Source: Bugula neritina (Eukaryota > Animalia > Bryozoa). From it: a DNA stretch of 64,000 nucleotides. Shown here one piece after another: positions 49,701 to 62,100 of the stretch. The notes under the pieces were generated by a model. The model saw only the letters and a program-made list of their open reading frames with translations. It was not told the DNA's origin and searched no databases. The stretch spans positions 7,035,751 to 7,099,750 of the forward strand of contig OZ037773.1 in the NCBI GenBank assembly GCA_964035545.1. The letters run 5' to 3'. The translations under genes and the position numbers were made by a program. How positions within the stretch are numbered: position 1 is the first letter of the stretch; every line of letters begins with the position of its first letter.

Positions 49701-52700
49701 TAAACCACTACAGTATGTACTATATACAACACAGACCACTACAGTATGTACTATATACAACACATTTACTACAGTATGTACTATATACAACACTAACCAC
49801 TACAGTATGTACTATATACAACACAAACCACTACAGTATGTACTATATACAACACAAACCACTATCGTATGTACTATATACAACACAAATCATTACAGTA
49901 TGTACTATATACAACACAAACCACTACAACATACTATACAACATATCATGGTCTACTACAGCACAGCATTTAAACCAACAGACAAATTTCAAAGCATGGA
50001 ATATTTTGATCAAAAATCTCAGAGCAAGAAGTTGTCTTCTCACATGACATGCTTCACAGTTTTCCCAGCTAACAAGTTTTATATAGCATGAAAACTTAGG
50101 CTATAGACTGGTGTAATGTTGTACATGAACATTAACGCAAGATGCACATACTTTGTAAACCTTATAATTATGCTATCTAGCTTGACATTGATGTTATACA
50201 GCAAATTAATATGCTTTTATTTTACCTGAAATAATCACCTACTACATAGTATTACAAACACCTCTGTTTGTTCATATATCAAGAAGCTAAAACTATGGAA
50301 AACCCCAGAATATGACATCACAGCCTTAAATATTAACATAAACAATGTGGCAGATAAATTCAAAATCTACAAGACTTGGTGAAACAACTCCAACTACTAT
50401 AATATTTGAAGAAAATGAGAATTGGGAGTTGTCTGCTACTGCACCTGATATTGTGGAATTCCGCCTGAGTTGGGTCATACTCTATAGCAGTAGATATCTG
50501 ATGAAGAGCGTCCCGGTGTCTTCCCTGTAGCGCGAGCTGTACAGCAGACGTGTGGCAGAGCTCAGCCTCCTTTCTGAACCCGTCCATAATCTGCTGGGCT
50601 TCCAAATGGTCAGGATTCAAGGCTAAGGCGTCTTTCAAGTCGTAATAACAGAGGGAGATCTACAGACACAAACATCAGCAATCTCTATAAAAAGAGTATG
50701 AAGATATACTTGTACGTATATATTATACACACGTCAGGTATACTATCTACACACACCAGGTATATTATACACACGCCAGGTGTATTATCTACACACACCG
50801 TAAATTATCTACACACTCCAAGGTGTACCTACATTTTTAAACATCATATGAAGTCTACTTCTCATCACGTAGAGGTCTGTGTTGTGTTTCTCTTGTTCCA
50901 GCCTCTGATTTACTATAGCTAGACACTCGCCGTGTCTTTGTAGGGCGGCTAAACAGGCTATGCTGTAACATACAGACCAGGCTATTTTGAGAAAGTTGTG
51001 CAAGTTGAAGATTCAATAATATTATGATCTAGTAGTGCCACCGCACATTGCTTTAATATAGAATACACGTAGATGACACGCAGACAGAATTCTGATAATA
51101 GTGACAGAATATAAAACATGTTTATAAATGCTACAGACACTCTAATTGGTTGAATAATGTTTTGCATCACATGACAACTAGTAGAACAGTAAAACTGAGC
51201 CTTGCTTATGTCTCGAATTGATAGCAACTGTAAACAGTAAACTTTGTAAAGGCACATCTTTATCTCTATACTTGATGTGAGCAGATTTTTTCAGTACTTT
51301 ACCTGTTGATTAAGTGAAACCAACCTTCTTGTGTGGTAGCTGTCATTATCTGGTTTAATCTCAGCCGACTTAGCATACGACTCCAATGCTTCAACATACT
51401 GTTGAGTGTCAAAGTAGGCCTGTCCTTGCATGTAGTATATGAAAGCCAATCTGCAGCAGAAACGACATGACGGCACAGAAGTTTCTAGAACCACGCTACG
51501 CCAAGAATAAATGGCCATACAGAAATAGTCAGCTATTACTATATTATTGATGTTACAAAATTAAACAGAAAGATGGTGAATTATTGCAACAGTATTTAAA
51601 TCATTTTCAAAAACAGACTAAAGTTATCGCATCTATTAAACGATATTTTTAAAACATCAAATGTATTTTTCAGTTCATCTTAACTACCATCCTTACTTAT
51701 CATGCAGACGTACCAAAGCACACTGACAAGGCAAAGGCACAGTTCACAGCTAAAAAGTGTTGGCAATGATTTCCAAGCAGTCTGATGAAATGTACGGGTA
51801 AAAATAACTCCAGTGTAAAGCACAGCCTCACCTGTTGTAGTACAAGTCAGTGTTCTGTTCCATAGTGCAAGCCTTCTTGTAGTTCTGAATAGCAGAGGAG
51901 AAATCTGCAGTCATGAGATAGCACTCGGCTCTCTGTACGTAAGGAAGGGAGGTTCTTTCCTCTCGTCTCAAGGCGATCACTCGGCTGAAGGATCTGATAG
52001 CACGGCCATATTGTCCCTGAGACTTCCACCTCAGGCCTTCGTTGTATCTGCAATTAGTGAGCAGTGTTTAGCTTTGAAAGTTTATTCTCCTAAAATAGTA
52101 TCTCAAAAGGATAGTACTTCACATTTATTCAAACAGCTTAGCAACATTATAAAATAACCAAAAGATAGGGGGCGCTTGTAGTCTGTTATAGCACTTTACT
52201 AAGAGCATGCTGTATACCTATACTCTCGTATCAATATACTGGCGTCATGCTATCAGTCTATCAACATGATATTAGCTTAATCAATAATAACTTTAAAAAT
52301 TCTCAAAAATATGTCAAGCTCAAACTTATAAACAGCATCTGCTTTGAAGTTACAGAGTTGAGTTGTAATCTGAGTCTGCATGCACTGAGTAAGACGCCAC
52401 GCAGTGTGTAGTACTCAAGAGAAAGCATTTGGTGTTTATGAATACAGGGATACTTACAGAAATCGCAATTTCTCATTAACTATTTTGGTTTGTTCACTTC
52501 TGGTGTCTGAGGCAGCATCTTGGAGTTGTCTTGCTCTGGCAGCGTCTAACGTCCACTCGTCTACTGCAGTACCGAATATGTTTTCAGCAGGTAAACTTTC
52601 GTCAGTACCAGCAATTCCAGTTGCTCCGCTGGTCTCACCAGCACCCAGTGTGGAAGCTGCACCAACACCACCTTCCAATTTATCCATGCTGTTATTTTCA

Positions 52701-54401
52701 TTCTAAAATGTATAATTGTATCTGAAGCTTAAGCTGAAAGTCTACTCTACCTATTAACTATAACAATCAAATCCAGTTATGTAAATAGTAATTTGAGTCG
52801 TGGTCACACTTTTTTACTGGAACATGGGCTATAAAGTATATAGTCACTCGGGCTTAGTAAGCAATTTACAATTACACAATACAATCTATACACACAGCTA
52901 CATAACCAGCCATATGTACATTTGAATATTATATCTTGCAGAAATTACCTTTAATATAAACATTTAGATATGATTTTCCTTGACCAAAATCACTTTTTAC
53001 CAACATATATTGTAACAGTTGCGAGTATATAGAAAGAGAAATACCTTGTTCTCTATGCTTAGCCTGCTAATCATAGGTTGCTTTTCATCTACAGTACTTA
53101 GAGAGGTCATGACCAGACCTTTCTGTTTCACTGCTGGCACTATTTGTACACCTAAAATCACGCAGTCAGGTTTATAGACTGTAGGTAGACATTATATGTC
53201 AAAGTAGACAACATCGTGCAGGTACTTTGTTATAGACCAAATAATGGCTGATATGTTTGACCTAAATCTTTGCTCATAAAACTTGCATAATTTCAATAAT
53301 AGTTTAATTTAAAAACAGTGAGACAAATAAAAACAATACAAAAAATTCATAGTTGAATATAGCATCACGTGTTATCAAATAGGTATCTTGATATATGAAT
53401 AAAAATAAACTACATTTTGTAACTTAAATTGATATTGATGCTTAGCATTCTGAAATAACTGAAGCTGTGTTATGTGAATATTGTTATATTTCTTATGCAC
53501 TTTGAGATTGGCGAAATTATTGAACTTTGACCTGCAAATGTTCCACAACCTGATACATGTATATACATCTATCACCTGATTGCTCCTTTTACAGCTCTCA
53601 TTTGTCTGCTGTTGTTATGCAACATAAGGCTGTGTAGAGTTTAAACAACAATATATTTATCCCTTTATTTCTATCATGATAAAAGCCAACATCCTATAGT
53701 TGTGCTCTCTATACCTGACATTTCACTCAAATCCGGTTCTCCCAGTCCGTCTATTGTAACATCAGTTAGTACAGACTCTGGTCTCTCATCATTTTGACTG
53801 TGTATCTGAGGAAGGGTAGCCGGTTCAATTTGACCTTCACCTTCCTCTTCTTCTTCCTCGTCTTCGGTTGTCTCATCGTAAAACAGAAGTCCGGGCTAAA
53901 AAGGAATTATTATTTAACAAACATTTACTAACTTTTATTTCTATATGGCAAAAAAACTCTTATATTAAAAGAACAAATGGTCAACTAAATCGTAGATAAA
54001 GTGTTCTTATATAGAGACCAAAATAACACATAAAATATATTTTTTAAGTTTTTACTCAATAACTTACCTGAACTTCATAGTCATTAGCAAGTGAAGCATA
54101 AAATTGATGGACATTTACAGGTTTTGATGGTGGTGTGTAAATAAAACTCCTTGCCTTTTCTGTAGCACTTGCTCTAAAAAGTATTATTTGGAATAGTTAC
54201 TTATTTTCCTAACAAATTTGTTATATTTGTAGCAAAATACATTGCTTACAGTTCTACTCACCTTGAGGCCACTTCATCTGGAGATGGTGCAGAAAAACGT
54301 GTTCTTTGAGAGCTGCCTGATCCTGGTTTACTTGTACTAGTGGCAGACTTGAGAATTCCGCTCTTTGGTTTAGTTAGGGGTTTATTTACCTCATTTGACA
54401 T
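46713..54401 (-). CDS. TTC16: Tetratricopeptide repeat protein 16-like
   Basis: Exons 54401-54262, 54173-54068, 53895-53715, 53151-53045, 52702-52458, 52047-51832, 51450-51325, 50962-50833, 50659-50445, 49599-49440, 49302-49215, 48710-48574, 48392-48285, 47942-47740, 47160-47055, 46877-46713. TPR motifs YVQRAECYL..DFSSAIQN, RQLLLTYNDFAIECF, LLNKALKGEQREKGLYVNRGDCFF, ALADYHQ.LEL, RLFPGKS are characteristic of TTC16. Confidence 0.88.
47453..47626 (-). mobile_element. tRNA-derived SINE, degenerate copy on minus strand
   Basis: Reverse complement contains GATGTTAGGAAGAGCATCCAGTCA and GGACTATAAACTTGCATGAG. Confidence 0.85.
49020..49191. repeat. Degenerate (CA)n/(CACG)n microsatellite
   Basis: Visible directly, next to the TTC16 donor at 49214. 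Confidence 0.9.
49601..49945. repeat. Tandem repeat, 31 bp unit TACAACATAAACCACTACAGTATGTACTATA
   Basis: About 11 copies; the terminal copy overlaps the TTC16 acceptor at 49600-49601. Confidence 0.95.
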
Positions 54402-55532
54402 AATTCGGCTGCAAACAACAATTGATTAAAACAGTAAAATTTTCAAATAATTTAGAAAATAGCAGTAATTTGCATTCACTAAATTAAATTTAGTCTCAGT
54501 TATTATATTTCAACTCTAACTAGACATATTATAATAGGCATAGCTAGCTTATTTGAAATCTTGTTAACTTATTAAATTACAATCTTAATTACTGTTAGAC
54601 CCAGTATGAATATGATTATAACTATCACTATTAGTATTAGCAGACCTAAATTATTAGAAATAAAATTAAGTGATGATGACTAAAAGTATCACTATGGGTA
54701 TGAGTATTACATTTCCTGGTAACTGTATCAGTATGACTATGACATTGACTAGAGTACTAGTACTAGGAGTGTTACTGTTTAAGTATTACTATTACTGATT
54801 TACTGAGTATTACATTTACTATTAGCATTACTCACTAATATTATTGTATTAAAGTATTATCATTAATATCATATTTATAGTATAGTTATACTTTTAGAGA
54901 TACTGTTACGCTTACTCTTAGTGTCAGTGTGTTACTGTTACCGTAGCCGCAGGCGTAAGCAATAGCATTAGATTCTTGTAGCGGTAATATGGAGAGCGTT
55001 GCAATACTCAATAATGCTATTTTATTAATCATAAATATTGTTTATAACGATTAGACGTGATCATGATGTTCAATTACTTCATAAACGCTTGAAGTTGATA
55101 GTTTAACTTTAACTTTTAAGTTTTAACTGTAACACTCATACTTATAGTTATAAACATTGTGTTGCCTATTGCTAGGCATTCTGTAAAATAATTTTCCGAC
55201 CTTCAGATACCCAAGAACAACCATTTTATATCGGACCGGTCAATAGGAAAGAAAACCCTCAATTTTTGTTTTAAAATATCTTGACACTAGTTAAGTTTTC
55301 CAGATTTCTACCCGAAAAGCCACTAAATCAATCTATAATGCAAATCATGGAAAACAAGTTGTTGTTAAGTGAAACACAGTCTACCAAAATACCGGTGCTC
55401 TGTAAAAGCATTTTTAATTATTCAGAAACAACAAGCTAAACGCCAATCATTATAATTATTTTATTTTAGATTTCCATTTTTTTGTTACTCAAGCAAAAGC
55501 AACCTCGATTAAACACTGCACTAAAATTCACA

Positions 55533-57741
55533 ATGATTTCTGTAAGATCATTATCTATTACTCAGTTGTTTCATCAATCTCAGACTGTACGAGCCTTAGC
55601 AAATCGTTCTTTCACTAGCACAAGTTCACTCTATGTGAAGGTTAGCCATGCGTAGGCCTAAGATTGCCTTAGGTTGAGGCCTAAATTATAATTCTAATAT
55701 TAAAACGTAGTCCTTGGTTTGCATTCAATTTTTATCAGTGTGACTAATACTGGGCTTATAGTGATGCTGTTGCTAATATCGGTAGTTATCATTGTATAAA
55801 TTAAATCAAATGTAATTTTCTTTCAATTTCACTTTGACTTTGTGACACTCGGCCTCGCAGTCACACTGACACTCATTTACGTTATGATTGTGATTAACTT
55901 TAGGTTTGAATTTAATCATTGTGAATGTCATTCAGTTTTGCATTGTTATTGTGAGAACTCTGCTATCGATCTACCTTGTTATTTCTGGAAATATATACTT
56001 CAAGTTTATTACTTGGTCATAATGATGACGAGGATTAAGGTCATCATTATGATGTTCATGGGAAATTTGATGTTTACCTGCTCTAGTTTAGTATAACCAA
56101 GCCTAAGGGCTAAGTTTAAAGCTAACGAATTTTAATATAAGATGAAGATGTAAAACTTGCGTGAATTGTTTTATTTGTGCTAATTTTGTTCAATAATGAC
56201 AGTTTTTGAAGATCTAATTCGTCCTGCCAGTAGTACTAATTGTTGTAATCATGCTAATTAATGTTACACACATCACTTAGTTGATAAATCTATACAAGCT
56301 TTAAATTGACAAATGACAACATAACTTGCTTAATACAAAAAGTTATTTTGCTCAACTCAGTGATATCATTTGCTTGTATTGGATAACAAACCAGAGAAAA
56401 ACTCCATTTTGTGTTTGTACCTTAATTTAATGATGTGATCTAACAATAGTAAGTGTAATGCTTACTGTTTGAAATATAATATACAATTATGATGCATTTT
56501 TCCTACACATTTATCTAATTACCATTGGAAGGCGGCTATTGCTTATTATTTGCCTCACAAGTCTAGAAATGTGAAGTTTTCTATTCTTTTTGATAGGTTG
56601 GGGACAAGTTGCCATCAGTTGAAGTACACGAAGGGACTCCTGCCACCAAAGTAAATGTTGCAGATCTGTTCAAAGGAAAGAAGGGAGTTCTCTTTGCTGT
56701 CCCTGGCGCCTTCACTCCTGGTTGCTCAAAGGTAGCATAAAAATCTTGCACTTATGAAACTGAATATCCTTGAAAATTTGTTGAAAATTAAATGCAATGA
56801 TAATAATTAGATGAAATAGGGAGCAGCTGTGGTCTAGGGGTTAGAGTGTTTGGCTTAGTAAACACGAAGTCATGGGTTTGAACCTCAGTAAAGGCCATTG
56901 GTGATGTTAAGAAAAACTTCCAGTCATAATTGCTCCACATCCGAATAAGTCTTTAGCCCGCTTTAAAAAATTCTTTCCATCAGGGGTTCTCCCAGGGATA
57001 GTGACTATAAACTTGCGTGAGATAAAATATTAGTCTGAATTTCCTTGTAGACTCACTTGCCAGGGTACATTGAGAAGGCAGCAGAGCTGACCGCTGCCGG
57101 GGCACAGGTGATCGCCTGTGTGTCTGTGAATGATGCGTTTGTGATGTCAGCATGGGGGGAGTCCATGAAAGCAGAAGGCAAGGTTAGGATGTTGGCTGAC
57201 GCTGGCGCCGAGTTCACCAAGGTTAGTAAGATGTCCTGTGACTCCCTACATTGCGTGTACTAGTTTGTAGTTGTCTTCCATTATGACCAGATAATGTGCT
57301 CTAACATAATATGTGTCTATAAGACAAGGTTAGGTTTGAAGTTTTGCTCATTGCATTAGAACAGCTCACTCTACATATACTTGAAAAATATAACCTTTTT
57401 GGTAAGCCAAGCATTTACTAGTTCAAATAGTAAAATTTGCTATATTTATCATTGAGTGTGCAGCTTAGTTATTTGAGCAGCAATGTTGGCTGTAAACTCA
57501 TTTTAAGTAGCTGGTTAGCCTTTCACTGGTTGCTAGAACTGTGTTACAGTCTAGTTGTACTCATCTGTTGCAGGCTGTAGGACTTGACAAAGATTTGCCT
57601 CCTCTTGGCGGGGTCAGATCTCAAAGGTACTCCATGATTATTGAGGACGGAGTGGTGAAGGCCCTGAATGTGGAACCTGATGGAACTGGGCTCACCTGTA
57701 GCCTCGCTCCCAACCTGCAAGAGCAGCTGTCCAAGATGTAA
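55533..57741 (+). CDS. PRDX5: Peroxiredoxin-5 (atypical 2-Cys Prx) with mitochondrial presequence and PTS1-like SKM
   Basis: Exons 55533-55640, 56597-56731, 57051-57221, 57574-57741; [57 protein letters not shown]. Confidence 0.96.
56819..57022 (+). mobile_element. tRNA-derived SINE, full-length copy in a PRDX5 intron
   Basis: Same head/core/tail as the 39471 copy; imperfect TSD AGATGAAATA (56809) / AGATAAAATA (57020). Confidence 0.9.
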
Positions 57742-59108
57742 GGGGTGCTGCGGGCTATCCCCACCTCCCCTGAATACTCGCTTGGATCAAAGGCAACATT
57801 TAATAAAAAAGTATAATAAAAATGGTTGAATATTATTGAAATGTCTTGTTCTTTATTAAATATTTTGGTTATTGGTTACGGCAGCGGTTTTTTTATTATA
57901 TTTCAATTCATACTGGTATTTTAAACAACATATTTCTTATTCTCTGTTTCCTAATAGAATAATAAAATGTAGCGCAATCTTACATATATTTTTGTGGCTT
58001 TAGAGTTGTCTCCTCAGCTTTTAATATAACTTTCAATAGGATAAAGAGTATTTCCACTAATTCAGTATCAGAAATGAAATTTGATATATATGATGGAAAT
58101 TTAGCATCATCTGCAATGTTGATTCCAGCATCTTTAGTCTTCTTGAAATTGCAGTAAATAAGCATAGAATAAAAGTGATGTAATTCCCAACTTTACATTG
58201 ACTAACACCTGTAAGGCTTCTGAAAAGTTGCTAACTTCCATTAGAGCATAGAATTACCTCCAGGGTGCTGTAGATTTCAAGCTGCGTGTTATTATATACT
58301 TATATAATATAATTATAACAATACTGAGGGTGGCCTGCCTGTGTGACATGTTTATATTAACACATGGTAGTCCTGCCAGTTAGGTTTTATAAACAAGGTG
58401 CATTATTCTACTGTGTAACTATGTTTTTATTTCTAGTTCATCAACAATTGCCTAAACAATTAACTTGTAACATGTTTTTATAATTTAACAAATGACCTTT
58501 CAATAACATTGTACAATATTTCCCTGCTTACACAATCAACATAAAATAACAATGAAAAAGCACCCATCTACACCTTGTGAGTATTATAATATTTGAGTCC
58601 TATGTTACCTACTGTTAAAATATTCCATGATGACTGCTGACTCGAAGTAGCAGCTTGTAGCGCTGCCATTAGACCACTAGGTAGGATTGTATTGAAGAAC
58701 GTGCAGGTAAAGGCAAATCTCAACACATAACTAGTTATACATGTTGCTTAGGGCCAACAGAAATAACACTTCGTTTAGTTTTTCATGTAAGTAGTGATTG
58801 TAGACAGCATGTATAAACAAAATGTTGTCATTATGCCTTTAGTTAATAGACAATTATTTAAATATTCTTTAAGTTATTATATAATCATATAATTGCTAAC
58901 CTGTCTACCAATAGCTATTACTCCACCATGCTACAATATACCTTTTATTATAGTCATTTAGAAACTAATAATGCCATAGATGAGTAAATTGATTTCTTTT
59001 TACTATTTTGTGATGTCAACAAACATTAAGTTTTACCTAGTGTAGAAATATTTACTGTTTTCTATCTGCAACTCTAGTTCCAAAATTGTACGCTGATTTA
59101 AACACAAA

Positions 59109-62100
59109 ATGGAGAAAACAAAGAAAGTCAACGTTAACATGAACCCTAAAAAAGTTCAAAACCCCAACGACCGCCATAAGAGAAACCCTGGCAAATTTGA
59201 TCAGAAGGTATGCATTCCTTCAGGTCTGATTTCCTGCTTTTATAATCTGAAAGTTCGCTCCGATTTAGAGATCTGGGTATATGCTTAGCTTAGGCGTACA
59301 GATTTTTTTGTTTTGGAATGAATGCTCTTGCGGATGAATTTGTGGCTGCATCTGCATGAACTTATAGCTGTAAATCCAGTTGAAGCCACTGTTTCCAAAC
59401 ATTGGAAGAAAAATCTAATCCCATGATGTTAAGCTTAAAAACATAGTGTTTGTGTTTAAAGAGTAATCGCTTAACTTTCCAATTGAACAACTGTTTATGC
59501 TACAAACCTTCTCTAGAATTAGGGGTAATCTAAAAATTGCAGATTTAATGTCATATAGCATATATCATACCAGGTGTACATGGAACAGGAAAGCTACTCA
59601 GCACACGCTATACAGGAAATGGCCCGTATTCATAGCATGCAGGTTCACTCGGTCAATCTAAAGTTTGACAAGTAAGTAATGCCTAAATGGTGTTGCAGTA
59701 ATAGAATCTCAGTCTATAACTTTAGCTGGAATTGAGTACATTTGAGTACACAAATACTCGTAGTTTTTTGACAATTCGATTTTTAGAATATGGGTCCTAG
59801 TAATTTAATTGTTTCTTGTCTGAATAATAATAAGGAAATAACTTATATGGTAAATAACCAAATGCATTTCATTTTTTTTGCCAAAATTATAGCTAAAAGC
59901 TATACACACTTAGATAGTAAATATCACGAAATCTATAACTAAAGCTACACGGAATTATTATTTAGAAATGTATTTCTTGTTAAGCAAATTAATATAATTT
60001 CAACTGTTCAGGGATTCAGTGGCGATGAAGAAAAAGCAAAGAACATACGACCATAAGAATCAGAACTACACTTATCTGAAACAGCTGAGAAATGCTTTCA
60101 GTGAAGAGAGTGAGAGAAGGTAACTCATGTACAGCATCTTACCAAAGTCGTAGATAGTTGAGAGGCAGATATCATTAAGGTCGTTTAAAGGTTATATTAA
60201 CAGGCGTGTGGTACTGTTTTGTTTACAGCATGCATTCACTACGTTTCCATTGCCTTCACATTATAGGAATGAATTGTTCATTTGATGCTTGCATATAGAA
60301 TGAAACCAAAACCATAAGTTGACATAAACCGCAACCACAGATCCATCCATATAAGAACAGCAGTATGGATCTAGCCAAAGCAATAGAAACTCAGTGATTG
60401 TGAAGATGTAAATTAAGAAAATATATATTACGTTTAGCAAATATGTTATTACTGGTATTTAACAGAGATTCCATAGCCCGAAAACTAGAAAACTTTATGA
60501 GAAAACAAGCAGAGCCCAGCCCGGAGCCCGTAGTAGAAGTTGTGGAAGTTGTTCCAGAAAAAAACTACAAGCCATGGGAGAGTGTACGGCAGCCAACCAT
60601 ATACAGTATACAAAAAGATAACACTCGTGTATTGGAGGCGGAGAAATGTAGGACGCAGCTAAAATCTGGCTATCTGCAAACTGGATCAGCGGAAGGTTAC
60701 GCCCTATTAGACAATCAAACTGATTGTATTATCAGCTCTTCAGCTAAGAACAAACTAGAGAAGCTGTCTAAAGATATTATGACTGGTAATCATGCTGTTT
60801 GTAATATGCTATATACATGCGCAAGAGACTATAACATATATACACGTGCAATATGCTGTATATACATTTATAATAAAGTATAACTATGTATAATTAAACT
60901 AAAATGTAATACACAGCAACAGGGCATAGCAGCATGGCATGACATAGCTTTCAAACTAGTAGCTATCAAACTAGCACTTATAGTATCTCAGTACACGATT
61001 TGATAATTTAATGACAAATTATATTGTATATAATACATATTATATTATATTATATTATATTACATTAAATTATGTTATATTATATTACATTATATTATAT
61101 TAAATTATAATATATATATTATATTATAGCTTATTATGTATTATTTACATTTTATTTAGAGCAAAATTCCCATACATGCTGTCTACAAAACCTTCCCTTC
61201 CTATGTCCCTGTGTTACGAGATGCTAAATACCTTATATATTTGTTTCTATAGCAACTCTACCAGTAAACAGACTGAAGAGAATTATACCCTCAGAGGAGA
61301 GAAATCCTAGCCAATCATATCCCATCATGTCCTATTATCGTAAATCTACTATTCTACCACAGAGTAAGTTACATTTATCTACAAATTATACTTACTTATG
61401 ACAACAGAATAGACTGCTGCAAATAAAATATATTGCACACACTGAATTTCTCTAATTGTATTTTTCCCTAGTTTTGCAAAAGGTTATGCAAGTTTTTGAA
61501 TTATTGCCCTTTTCATCAAAAATGGTTCTTCAACATTACTGTTGCCTAGCAAGAGAGCTTTTAAGGCAATTTTTTTAATATGCCAATGGCTAACCCATAT
61601 AAAATCTAATACAAATATTTTTAGTAGTTCAAAGAAATTATTATCTCTGTATCTAAAATGCGTTGGTTTGGCTTAATTGTGTTTTGTAGTTTGTGCTGCT
61701 TAGAAACTTCTTTGTTATATTATAAATATTTTAGACAAGTTTACTAACTCTATTTAATCACTCTAAATACATGGGCATTGTACAATAGTATTCATCATAT
61801 ATATAATATATTCATGTGTATATTAAGTATAGAATGTCCATTATGTGTGTATTGTGTGTCATAGATTTATTATGCAATATTATATAATAAGTTATTGATA
61901 CATGTTGGACCACAAATTCTCATTTTTCAACATTGTAAAAAAAAATTTGTAATGTTTAAAATTTTATAGAGCATTATATATATAATATATTCATGTGTAT
62001 ATTAAAGGATTGCTCTATCTTAGTTTATTACAATCACATTATAATTATGAACTATAATCTAATGTGTATGCAAACAATTGTGACTTTGCAAAGGGATATA

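Noticed and set aside
61160-61252. Possible extra exon in the unidentified right-hand gene
   Set aside because: The model is already phase-consistent using the acceptor at 61252, and no convincing donor was found
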